Below, piece after piece: positions 10,610-21,590 of a stretch of DNA of 64,000 nt. The translations under genes were made by a program, and so were the position numbers. Every line of letters begins with the position of its first letter. Position 1 is the stretch's first letter. The stretch is from Chloroflexota bacterium. Lineage in GTDB: Bacteria > Chloroflexota > Dehalococcoidia > Lucifugimonadales > UBA3495. The notes under the pieces are model-generated. The model was not told where the DNA came from and did no database searches. It saw nothing but the letters and a program-made list of their open reading frames with translations. The stretch covers positions 8,382 to 72,381 of the forward strand of contig PBMF01000040.1 in the NCBI GenBank assembly GCA_002721995.1, in the 5' to 3' direction.

Positions 10610-11086
10610 ATGAGAGAGACTTGGGACCAACGTATCGAACAAATTGGCTTGACAATTCCAGAACCGTTGCCGCAAGGGGGAAAATATTCGTCGGTAGTAT
10701 TTGATGGAAAGCTCGCGTATACATCTGGAATTGTCGCAGTAGAAGGACCACCCTGGAAGTTGGCTCACGCTGGATCAGTAGGAAATGAACTGGATCTCGA
10801 GACCGCATGTCGGTCGGCTGCTTTGGCGATGGTTTGCACGCTGGCAAACCTGAAAGGGGCTCTGGATGGGAGTCTCGATAGAATAGATCGCTTTGTGAGA
10901 CTGTCGGGATATGTGCGTTGCCTACCCGACTTTATGCAGCTGCCCAACGTCATGGATGGAGCATCAGAGGTTCTGGAAGAAATCTTCGGTGACGAACTAC
11001 TTCCCGCTCGCACTGCCATTGGGGTATCTGCTCTTCCGGGTGGCGCGAGTGTCGAACTCGACACAATTGTCCGTTTGAAGAGTTGA
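10610..11086 (+). CDS. RidA/YjgF-family protein
   Basis: 158-aa ORF. LAYTSGIVAV near the N-terminus and PARTAIGVSALPGGASVELD near the C-terminus match the RidA pattern. Confidence 0.7.
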   Translation: MRETWDQRIEQIGLTIPEPLPQGGKYSSVVFDGKLAYTSGIVAVEGPPWKLAHAGSVGNELDLETACRSAALAMVCTLANLKGALDGSLDRIDRFVRLSGYVRCLPDFMQLPNVMDGASEVLEEIFGDELLPARTAIGVSALPGGASVELDTIVRLKS

Positions 11087-11097
11087 TTCGATGGTGA

Positions 11098-11298
11098 CTA
11101 GTCGTCCTCCGACACAACGATTGCTCTTTCTGGGCAACCAAGTTGAGCGCGCCGGACTTTCTCTTCAAGTTCGGGGGAGACTATTTCGTTCTCCACGAAC
11201 GCATGTCCGTCAACTTCACGGAGGATAAAGACCTCCGGTGCGGAACCTGCGCAGAGCGTGTGCCCCTGGCAGGTATGTTCGAGAACCTTTACCTTCAT
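11098..11298 (-). CDS. Small ferredoxin (P450-partner type)
   Basis: 66-aa ORF. Cys pattern CQGHTLC...CP and an acidic C-terminus resemble the single-cluster ferredoxins encoded next to bacterial P450s. Confidence 0.7.
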   Translation of the reverse strand: MKVKVLEHTCQGHTLCAGSAPEVFILREVDGHAFVENEIVSPELEEKVRRAQLGCPERAIVVSEDD

Positions 11299-11485
11299 TC
11301 TCCTCTGTTCCCTTCCAAGTAAGTTTGGTACACTCTGTGAATCCTTTGTTGCTGAAACTCTACCCTACCTGCGCGGACGATAGGGGTTAGAGTATGGTAG
11401 AGAGCCAATAGCAGTTGCAGGAAGGGTTGAAATTGCAGCCGACGAACGTGTGCGCTCGGAGTGTGAATTCGGTGGAGGACCTCAA

Positions 11486-12649
11486 GTGACGCAAGTTGAG
11501 CATAAATTCGATCTAATTAGCGTTGATGACCACATCATTGAACCGGCCACGGTTTGGGTGGATCGTCTTCCTTCAAGATATGGGGACGAGGTACCTAAAG
11601 TGGTCGAGGCGGATGGACGAGAGTTTTGGGAGTATGAGGGTGAACGCCTTCCAACTATGGGCCTGAACGCCGTTGCTGGTAAGGAACACAAGGATTTTGC
11701 TATGGATCCTGTCCGGTACAGCGACATGATTGAAGGTTGTTACGACCCGGTTGCACGCGCTCGTGACCTCTTATCAGATGGTGTTCGAGGAAGCCTATGT
11801 TTCCCTACATTTCCTCGTTTTGCCGGTCAGAGGTTTCTGACCAGCAAGGACAAGGAACTCGCCAACCTGTGTGTACGTGCATATAACGACTGGGTAATCG
11901 AGGAATGGTGCGGTGCCGTCCCTGGTCTTTATATCCCAATGATGATAGGCCAACTGTGGGATCCATCTTTGATGGCTGCAGAAGTCCGCAGGTGTGCCGA
12001 TCTCGGCTTTCGAGCACTTACATTTCCAGAGAATACGGCTGTGTTTGATCAACCATCATTCAGTACAGAGCATTGGGATCCGGTTTGGGATGCAGTAACC
12101 GAAACAGATATCGCTGTATGCATTCATATCGGAACCAGTGGACGAACACATATGCCTGCAGATGATTCGTCTTTTAGCGTCGCAATAGCTCTCGGACCAC
12201 TGAATGCCCAAATAACCTTTATGGACTTGTTGCTGTGCGGGATACCGGAGAGATTCCCTTCCATCAAGTTCGCACTCTCTGAAGGTGGGATTGGATGGGT
12301 ACCCTTCGCTCTTGAGCGAATCGATCGGACATGGGAGCGACACCGGCATTGGGCAGATCTCAGCAACACACCACCTTCAGAACTCTTTCGACGAAATATG
12401 TGGGTGTGCTTTATTGACGAGATGGTAGGAATCGAGGATCGTCATCACATTGGTGTTGACAAAATAATGTGGGAATGTGACTACCCACACGCAGATACAC
12501 CTTGGCCTAATAGTCAGATCGATGTTTCAAGGTCGATGGAAGGCATTCCAGAAGTAGAAGTGGACGCGATGACTCATGGAAATGCGGAACGTCTTTTCCG
12601 CTGGGATATGCGACCCGACGTAGAGGCGATCGATTCCGAACCGACGTGA
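11486..12649 (+). CDS. Amidohydrolase-2 family metal-dependent hydrolase
   Basis: ORF track starts at 11450. GTG 11486 is preceded by GGAGGA (11474-11479, 6-nt spacing). DLISVDDHIIEP (HxH-like) and CDYPHADTPWP motifs. Confidence 0.8.
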   Translation: MTQVEHKFDLISVDDHIIEPATVWVDRLPSRYGDEVPKVVEADGREFWEYEGERLPTMGLNAVAGKEHKDFAMDPVRYSDMIEGCYDPVARARDLLSDGVRGSLCFPTFPRFAGQRFLTSKDKELANLCVRAYNDWVIEEWCGAVPGLYIPMMIGQLWDPSLMAAEVRRCADLGFRALTFPENTAVFDQPSFSTEHWDPVWDAVTETDIAVCIHIGTSGRTHMPADDSSFSVAIALGPLNAQITFMDLLLCGIPERFPSIKFALSEGGIGWVPFALERIDRTWERHRHWADLSNTPPSELFRRNMWVCFIDEMVGIEDRHHIGVDKIMWECDYPHADTPWPNSQIDVSRSMEGIPEVEVDAMTHGNAERLFRWDMRPDVEAIDSEPT

Positions 12650-12845
12650 AACTTGCTCGGTTCAGGTTTTCGAACAGCTAGTTATCAGACCAATCGTGAA
12701 ATTGGCTTAACGCAGGAAGTTGGCGCTGTTGGTAGGTGAATGGAATGTCACCTATGCGCCGCATCCAACCAAAGCTCTGCGCAAGCAGACCATGGTTATC
12801 TGTCTTCCTATCAGAGGGCTTAGTTAATCGTCCTCGCGGTTCCTA

Positions 12846-13751
12846 CTACTCGGTACTATCAGAAAGAGCCTCAATGCCTGGGAAGCGAGTATCTGCGAAC
12901 TGAGAGCAACTATCGCGTAGTCGCTCAATAGTCCAACGGTCGTTGATACTGATAGCATCGTGTAGCGCCCAAGGTTGCATTAACTGGACCGTGCCTCCGT
13001 GAATGAAATAGATATGACCGTGCAAGTCGCAGGAATCTGTCGCAAGATAAGCAACGAATGGCGCAATATTTGCTGGGTTCCCTGGGTCAAATCCCTCGTC
13101 CGGAACTTGCGACGATAAACCTTCTGTGAGTCGAGTTCGAGCGGCCGGAGCGATGGCGTTGGCCCGGACACCGTATCGACCGAGTTCTTTATCAGCGATT
13201 ATCGTCATTGACGCAATACCTGCCTTGGCCGCGCCATAGTTGGATTGGCCGACGTTTCCCAAAAGGCCTGATGTAGATGATGTATTGATAAGAGAGCGGT
13301 CCTCTCTATGGCCGGCCTTGTATTGGTCACGCCAATATGATGCTGCGAATCTGCTGGGACAAAAGTGACCCCGAAGATGTACCCGGATGACACTGTCCCA
13401 CTCTTCACAGCTCATGTTTGCGAGCATCCGATCGCGAAGTATCCCCGCATTGTTCACCAAGACGTGGAGATCGCCAAAGTGTTCAATGGCAGTATTAATT
13501 AGCGACCTTGCTCCGGTCCATTCAGCAACACTGTCGCTATGGGCTATGCACTCGCCCCCTAAGGCACGAATCTCAGAGGCTGTTTCATTAGCGGGTTGCG
13601 GATCAGACCCTTCGCCGGATGTGCTGCTACCGATGTCGTTGACTACTACGCGGGCACCTTCTTGAGCCATCAATAGTGCGTGCTCTCGGCCGAGGCCGCG
13701 CCCAGCTCCTGTGACAATGACTACGCGTCCTGCAAGCTCGTCCATTCTCAT
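12846..13751 (-). CDS. SDR family oxidoreductase (hydroxyacyl-CoA dehydrogenase-like)
   Basis: 301-aa ORF with VVIVTGAGRGLGREHAL, NNAGILRD and YGAAKAG (YxxxK). Clear homolog of the 25808..26755 product in the high-GC block. Confidence 0.85.
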   Translation of the reverse strand: MRMDELAGRVVIVTGAGRGLGREHALLMAQEGARVVVNDIGSSTSGEGSDPQPANETASEIRALGGECIAHSDSVAEWTGARSLINTAIEHFGDLHVLVNNAGILRDRMLANMSCEEWDSVIRVHLRGHFCPSRFAASYWRDQYKAGHREDRSLINTSSTSGLLGNVGQSNYGAAKAGIASMTIIADKELGRYGVRANAIAPAARTRLTEGLSSQVPDEGFDPGNPANIAPFVAYLATDSCDLHGHIYFIHGGTVQLMQPWALHDAISINDRWTIERLRDSCSQFADTRFPGIEALSDSTE

Positions 13752-13792
13752 CTCCTGTTAAACACCAGCACCCACGAAGACTAGTATGACAG

Positions 13793-14698
13793 ATGATGGA
13801 GGTTTCAAATACCGCCGACCGCGCACCGGATCGTTTCGAGTTTGTCGATCCCCATGTCCATTTTTGGGATCATGGAGTGTCTGGGCTCCGGTGGCCGTAT
13901 CTCGAGAAGGGATTTGAACATCCACGTCTGAAGAATATGCACCGCTTGCAGGCCCCTCAATTTACGATCACGGAATTGCGTGCCCAGGCGCCAAGTATCA
14001 ATATTATGAAGGTGGTTCATGTCCAATCTGCTCAGGAGAAGCGTTACGGGATTGAGACTAAATGGGTTGAGGGGATGGCCGAGCTTTGTGGCACGCCTCA
14101 TGCGATCGTCGCACGGGTCCCGATAGCGAGTCCCGACCTGAATCGAGCATTACGCGAGAACCATTCGTCTGGTCGTTTCCGTGGCGTCCGAGATATGACA
14201 GCTCAAGAATCAATCGGTACCGATGAATTTGCGGCAGGGTTTAAGAGGATCGTTACTCAAGATCTCAATGTTGAGTTGTTGGTCCCATATATCCATCACC
14301 CAGATGTAGCTGAACTTGCGATGAGCCGACCTGAGGCGACCGTAATAATTGGTCATGCGGGTCTTGCCGAAAGACGAGATTCGAAGTACTTCTCAGCATG
14401 GTCGAAGTCGATTGAGCGGCTAGCGAAGACTCCAAATATTGTAATTAAGATTTCTGCGCTTGCAAGTGGCGCCGACCCTGAATGGACCGTGGACAGTATT
14501 CGCCCCTGGGTTCTTCATTGCATTGAACACTTTGGTCCCAAGCGATCAATGTTTGCATCAAACTGGCCGGTGGACCGGCTCTACGGAACATACGAGCAAC
14601 TTCTCGAGGCCTATCTCGAGATAACCTCAGATTTGACTTGCCGGGACCGTCGGGATCTATTTGTGAACACAGCGACTACTGTCTATCGTATGCACTAG
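13793..14698 (+). CDS. Amidohydrolase family protein (TIM-barrel metal hydrolase)
   Basis: 301-aa ORF with FVDPHVHFWD (HxH) near the N-terminus and FASNWPVD near the C-terminus. Confidence 0.75.
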   Translation: MMEVSNTADRAPDRFEFVDPHVHFWDHGVSGLRWPYLEKGFEHPRLKNMHRLQAPQFTITELRAQAPSINIMKVVHVQSAQEKRYGIETKWVEGMAELCGTPHAIVARVPIASPDLNRALRENHSSGRFRGVRDMTAQESIGTDEFAAGFKRIVTQDLNVELLVPYIHHPDVAELAMSRPEATVIIGHAGLAERRDSKYFSAWSKSIERLAKTPNIVIKISALASGADPEWTVDSIRPWVLHCIEHFGPKRSMFASNWPVDRLYGTYEQLLEAYLEITSDLTCRDRRDLFVNTATTVYRMH

Positions 14699-14769
14699 TG
14701 ATAAGTATGATAGCTCCGAAGTACTAACGACTTTCTACAAGTGTGTCTGGACAAGGCTAAGTAGGACCG

Positions 14770-15990
14770 ATGACTAATGACGATGGTAGACCTATTGCAG
14801 ATGTGGACTTCGACCATCATTCTGACTCGTTTGCAGAGGACCCCTGGAGCCAATTGGCAGAGCTAAGAGAGCGTTGTCCGGTTGCTCGGACCGATGCGCA
14901 TGGAGGGTTTTGGGTCCTTTCCTCATATGAAACCATCAAGCAGGTAGCTAGTGATGATTTAACCTTTTCATCGGCTGAGAGTGTTGTGATCCCTCCGAAA
15001 AAAAATTCCAGCCAGAAGTCAATCCCCATTGAGATGGATCCACCTCATTTCCAGGCATACCGGCGGATTCTTCATCCGATGCTTTCGCCAACGGCTGTAG
15101 AACGCTTGGCACCGACAATTGAATTCTTTGTCCATCAGTGCATCGATAAAGTCATAGAGAAAGGATCGTGCGATTTCGTACACGACCTCGCAGACCCTTT
15201 GCCAGCAATGACAACTTTACTGAAGTTAGGCCTTCCTCTTGAACTCTGGGAGGCGTTTTCCGTCCCGCTCCATAAGGTCGTGTTCCTTCGACAAGACAAC
15301 CCCCTTCGGGCGAACATCGTCGAGGAACTTAACTTCATTGCTCAAACTATCAAAGAGACTATTGCATCGAGACGTAAGGACCCGAGAGATGACATGATCA
15401 CCTACCTAATCAACAGCGAAATTGATGGTAGGCCATTAACCGATCACGAGATAGAAGAGATGGTAACTCTTATCATTCAAGGCGGCTTTGATACGACCGG
15501 TTCGGCGATCAGCAATGCTCTTATACGGTTACAACAAGATCGAGATGCGCGACGAAAGATTATCGAGGACCCGGGACTTCTGACTTCCGCAGTTGAGGAG
15601 TTTCTTCGAGTCGATCCACCCCAGTTCGCCCTAGCAAGAACTGCGACCTCGGACGTGACGATTGAAGGTCGAAATATCAAGAAGGGAGACCGGGTCCTGA
15701 TGGTGTGGGCTTCGGGAAACCGTGATCCGATAGCGTTTGAAGATCCCGATCAGGTGGTGCTCGATCGCTTTCCCAATCGCCACATGACCTTTGGTTTAGG
15801 AGCTCATCGATGCCTAGGTTCGACGCTGGCTCGACGCCAGATCGTCTCTGCTCTTAGCGGTGTTCTACGTCGTATGCCGGAATATGAGATTGACTTTCAA
15901 AATGCACAGCGTCCTGAAACGATCGGGATCGCATATGGCATGTTCTCGTTGCCGGCGACATTTCCCTCTGCGCGAAGGTGGTTTCGATAA
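14770..15990 (+). CDS. Cytochrome P450
   Basis: 406-aa ORF with ExxR (EEFLR) and the heme-thiolate loop FGLGAHRCLGSTLA. Confidence 0.92.
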   Translation: MTNDDGRPIADVDFDHHSDSFAEDPWSQLAELRERCPVARTDAHGGFWVLSSYETIKQVASDDLTFSSAESVVIPPKKNSSQKSIPIEMDPPHFQAYRRILHPMLSPTAVERLAPTIEFFVHQCIDKVIEKGSCDFVHDLADPLPAMTTLLKLGLPLELWEAFSVPLHKVVFLRQDNPLRANIVEELNFIAQTIKETIASRRKDPRDDMITYLINSEIDGRPLTDHEIEEMVTLIIQGGFDTTGSAISNALIRLQQDRDARRKIIEDPGLLTSAVEEFLRVDPPQFALARTATSDVTIEGRNIKKGDRVLMVWASGNRDPIAFEDPDQVVLDRFPNRHMTFGLGAHRCLGSTLARRQIVSALSGVLRRMPEYEIDFQNAQRPETIGIAYGMFSLPATFPSARRWFR

Positions 15991-16043
15991 CGGACTTTAA
16001 GAGAATAATAGTTCGATTCTGATTACTGTCTCGAAAGAGGACA

Positions 16044-17204
16044 ATGCGAAACGGCTACGAAATCATTGACACTGACCAACATGTAGGTCCGAATATGGAG
16101 ACCTTGTACAAGTATGCAAGTTCTCGGCTACTTGAGCGTTGGGAAGAGTTGCTCCCATACTACGTCCCCGTTACTGAAGGCCATCACATCAGTATTGCTC
16201 CGATTCCGTACACTCGGGACCTCCACGATGCGACTTCGGATGAGCACCTGGAAGTGCAGGGCACTGGTTCCGAGAGTCCCCTCCGGAAAGCCATCAAACA
16301 GAACCTGTTGGAAAAACCCGCTCCGGATGTAAATAACCAGAATTGGCAAGGGCGCCTAGATGACATGGATAAGGAAGGTGTTGATATAGCCCTAATATTT
16401 CCTGCCACCTTCTCAACTGCCTCGACCGTCCTCGATGTTGAGTTGCAAAACGAACTGTATGAATCCTATCACCGATATCTCGATGATTATTGTGGAAGAA
16501 ATACAGATCGATTAAAGGCCGTGGGACTGGTGAACGCCCGTGACCCGAAACGCTCGGCTAACGAACTAGCAAAACTCAGTGATAAGCCATGGCTAGCTGC
16601 CGTACAGGTGATTCTTCCTGAAGGATTGCCCATCGATGATCCGAGCCTCGAACCGATCTGGGAGGTCCTGGATACAGCGGATCTACCGTTAGTGCACCAT
16701 TCCTTCTTTTACGAGCCACCATATTTTCCGGGTTATCGAGACATCTGGGGCAATCTTGCGATCGCGCGCATGGCATCGCACCCCTGGGGAGCGCAGCGCT
16801 TGTTGGCTTATGTAACACTCAGTGGTCTTTTCGATAGGTATTCCAACTTGCGAATCGGGTTCGCGGAATGTTCGGGTGGATGGGTTGGTGCATGGCTAAA
16901 TCGGATGACCTATCAAGCCGATCTATTGGCATCTCGACTACCTACGACGAGGCATACGCCGCTCGAGTACGCGCAAGATGGTCGTATCTTCTGTGGGATT
17001 GAACTGGACGAAGGTCCGGAGGTTGCGCTTGGTGTAGCAGAGGTGGTTGGGGACGGTGTCTTGATGTACTCCTCGGATTACCCACACGGTGGTTGTCGTT
17101 TCCCGTCTTCGGTCGACGTAGTATTGGATTGGCGCGAAAGCCTTGGCGATGAACATCTCCGCAAGTTGACCAGTGTGAACGCGCGGAAACTACTACGGAT
17201 GTGA
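16044..17204 (+). CDS. Amidohydrolase-2 family metal-dependent hydrolase (paralog of 2369..3517)
   Basis: 386-aa ORF. MRNGYEIIDTDQHVGP, HHSFFYEPPYFPGYRDIWGN and SSDYPHGG are collinear with the 2369 protein. Confidence 0.85.
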   Translation: MRNGYEIIDTDQHVGPNMETLYKYASSRLLERWEELLPYYVPVTEGHHISIAPIPYTRDLHDATSDEHLEVQGTGSESPLRKAIKQNLLEKPAPDVNNQNWQGRLDDMDKEGVDIALIFPATFSTASTVLDVELQNELYESYHRYLDDYCGRNTDRLKAVGLVNARDPKRSANELAKLSDKPWLAAVQVILPEGLPIDDPSLEPIWEVLDTADLPLVHHSFFYEPPYFPGYRDIWGNLAIARMASHPWGAQRLLAYVTLSGLFDRYSNLRIGFAECSGGWVGAWLNRMTYQADLLASRLPTTRHTPLEYAQDGRIFCGIELDEGPEVALGVAEVVGDGVLMYSSDYPHGGCRFPSSVDVVLDWRESLGDEHLRKLTSVNARKLLRM

Positions 17205-17219
17205 GTGGAGAGGGAATAA

Positions 17220-17522
17220 ATGCAAGCTGTCTATTTTCAGGCCACTCCAAATAGTGGTGATCTTGAAGAGATACATACGCAGATGTCAGCGGAAATGCGT
17301 GACTTGGCGAAGCAAACCGGTGGGTTCATCGAATGGAGAGACTGCACTGATGGATCCACGTATTGGGGGTTGATCCTTTTCGACTCCGAAGAGGCTGTTC
17401 TGGAGTGGAGGAATCATCCGAGACATGCAGAGATCCACCGGAGAGGCGAGGAGGATGTTTACTCCTCGTTTAGCACCAAGGTGTTCGAATTGGTTCGGGA
17501 GTCGGACTGGTCGAAGAAGTGA
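17220..17522 (+). CDS. ABM (antibiotic-biosynthesis-monooxygenase-like) domain protein
   Basis: 100-aa ORF starting 15 nt after the amidohydrolase stop. Size and the FDSEEAVLEWRNHPRHAE segment fit the ABM fold. Confidence 0.55.
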   Translation: MQAVYFQATPNSGDLEEIHTQMSAEMRDLAKQTGGFIEWRDCTDGSTYWGLILFDSEEAVLEWRNHPRHAEIHRRGEEDVYSSFSTKVFELVRESDWSKK

Positions 17523-17535
17523 GAGGTTTCTCATA

Positions 17536-17551
17536 GAGCCACAAGTGGCTC
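17536..17551 (+). terminator. Short hairpin after the ABM gene (possible terminator; sits at the GC junction)
   Basis: gagcca-caag-tggctc is a perfect 6-bp stem with a 4-nt loop, followed by atggctttcc. It lies 14 nt after the stop at 17522. Confidence 0.3.
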
Positions 17552-17577
17552 ATGGCTTTCCGACAAGAGCTTGAGGC

Positions 17578-17789
17578 ATGGCCTTCGACACCGCGATCCT
17601 TCTGGCCGAACTGGTGGCCCTCTTCTTCGGTGTCACCACCCTGCTGCACTTGGCCTAGCGGCGCTTCGGACCCGAGCGCATTCCGGACTGGATGGGGGGC
17701 CGACCGGCCGTTGCCGCCCTGAAGGGCATCACCGTCAGCTCAACTTGCGCCGTTCTGAGCGTTCTCGGCCATTTCGATGGTCATCTCGT
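17578..17789 (+). pseudogene. Membrane-permease-like 5' fragment interrupted by an in-frame TAG
   Basis: ATG 17578 gives MAFDTAILLAELVALFFGVTTLLHLA. TAG follows at 17656-17658. The same frame continues RRFGPERIPDWMGGRPAVAALKGITVSSTCAVLSVLGHF. The plausible coding signal then leaves this frame near 17785. Confidence 0.3.
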
Positions 17790-17990
17790 ATCGACCTGTT
17801 GGAGTCGGATCCGTACCTGCACAACCTGTTGGAGCAGATCCGTCCGTCGATCCTGGATATCTCGATCCTCCAGGTCGAGCAGTCCGCTGGTGGCGGTTCC
17901 GAGGCGCACGTCCAGCAGCTGGCTGCCGGATGGATGGACGCCAACGCCGACCTGGTCGCCGGCTGGGTAGCCGACGCCGCCAAGGGCTGA
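17790..17990 (+). pseudogene. proX: 3' remnant (~67 codons) of a ProX/OpuAC-type glycine-betaine-binding protein gene
   Basis: The 17571 ORF frame reads Arg-rich nonsense until ~17790. It then reads IDLLESDPYLHNLLEQIRPSILDISILQVEQSAGGGSEAHVQQLAAGWMDANADLVAGWVADAAKG*. From memory, this resembles the C-terminus of E. coli ProX (...[26 protein letters not shown]). Confidence 0.5.
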
Positions 17991-18026
17991 CCACCAGCCA
18001 GGTCGACAACGACCACCACGTGAGAC

Positions 18027-18054
18027 GGGGGCGGGGCCGCAAGGCCCCGCCCCC
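18027..18054 (+). terminator. Strong GC hairpin with GCAA tetraloop
   Basis: gggggcggggcc-gcaa-ggccccgccccc is a perfect 12-bp stem, 37 nt after the proX-remnant stop. There is no clear U-tract. Confidence 0.5.
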
Positions 18055-18179
18055 TCTCCGTGCCATCAGACGCATTCCCTCTCAGGTGCTACCGTTTTGC
18101 ACGCCGGGAGGTAACCGGCCACCGATCAGCGGTGGGCACCGAACTGGCTGCTGCGGTCAGGACCCAAGAGGGGGCAGGC

Positions 18180-19399
18180 ATGACGGAACAGGGGGAGACG
18201 ATCGTCTCACTCGAGGGCGTCTACAAGATCTTCGGACCGGATCCGCGGGGGCGTGCGTACGACCTCGCCCGGGCCGGAGTGAGCAAGGACGAGGTCCAGC
18301 GACTCTCCGGCCACGTGGTCGGCATGACGGACATCTCGTTCGACGTGAAGAAAGGCGAGATCTTCGTGGTGATGGGCCTGTCGGGCTCGGGCAAGTCCAC
18401 GGCGATCCGCACGGTCAACAAACTCCACGACATCACGGCCGGCTCCGTGACCGTCGAAGGCGTCGACGTCCAGTCCCTCACCGGCTCGGCGCTCCAGACG
18501 TTCCGCCGGGAGAAGATGGGCATGGTCTTCCAGCACTTCGCCCTCTTCCCGCACCGGAACGTCATCGACAACACCGGCTACGGGCTCAAGGTGCAGGGCG
18601 TGCCCAAGCAGGAACGTGACGCCGCCGCCCTCAAGGCCCTGGCCATGGTCGGCCTCGAGGCCTACGCGCACAACGCCACAAGCCAGTTGTCGGGTGGCAT
18701 GCAGCAGCGTGTCGGCCTAGCGAGGGCCCTGTGCAGCGACCCGCCCATCCTGTTGATGGACGAGGCCTTCAGCGCCCTCGACCCGCTCATCCGCCGCCAG
18801 ATGCAGGACGAGCTGATGGCCATCCAGGAGCAGTTGCACAAGACCATCCTGTTCATCACGCACGACCTGAACGAGGCGCTGCGGATCGGCAACCGGGTCT
18901 GCATCCTGCGGGACGGCTATGTGGTGCAGATCGGCACGCCGGAGGAGATCCTGACGGAGCCCGCCGACGCCTACGTCGCCGAGTTCACCCAGGACGTCGA
19001 CCAGGGCCGGGTCATCGACGTCGTGAACGTCATGAAGGACCCGGTCATCATCCAGGCCTCCGACACGCTCGTCGGGGCCGTCGACCGGTTGGGCGACCGT
19101 CGTGGCGGCTTCACGGTCGACGCCGACGGGCGGCCCACCGGCCTCCTGTCGGTGGCCGAGGCCGCCGGCGCATTGGCCCACGGGACCACTTCCCTTGCCG
19201 ACGTCCTGCGGACGGACTTCGGCACGACGTCGGCGGAGGCCCGGCTGAACGAGAACTACGCCGCCGCCGGTCGGGGCTTACCGATCGCTGTCTGCGACGA
19301 CACGGGACGCCTCATCGGAGAGCTCGAGCCCCGTGAGATCATGGAGGAGATGGGCCGGGTCGAGCAGCTCATAGACGGCTTCGAGCGGGAGGTGTTCCT

Positions 19400-19403
<4 letters not shown>
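18180..19403 (+). CDS. proV: Glycine betaine/proline betaine ABC transporter ATP-binding protein with C-terminal CBS domains
   Basis: ORF track starts at 18060. ATG 18180 gives MTEQGETIVSLEGVYKIFG. Walker A GLSGSGKST, signature LSGGMQQRVGLARAL, and a ~130-aa C-terminal CBS-like tail. Confidence 0.9.
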
Positions 19404-21520
<2,117 letters not shown>

Positions 21521-21590
21521 CGGCATCCTCGCCGCGACGACTCGTAGACGTCGCCCGGGTCGGCTCGTCCGGCTCGGGCGTTCGTCGCCT

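Noticed and set aside
17656-17658. In-frame TAG as a possible pyrrolysine or recoding site, given an MttB-family gene in the same block
   Set aside because: The surrounding ORF is a short degenerate fragment that also loses its frame ~130 nt later. No pylTSBCD genes are present. The MttB-family gene itself contains no amber codon. A pseudogene is the simpler reading.
17571-17990. The 139-aa ORF taken at face value as an intact small protein
   Set aside because: Its first ~70 residues are Arg/His/Pro-rich and overlap a better hydrophobic reading in another frame. Only the last ~67 residues look like real protein (the ProX C-terminus).
17777-18619. 280-aa ORF bridging the proX remnant and proV
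   Set aside because: Arg/Gly/Pro-rich translation, out of frame with the clearly real proV.
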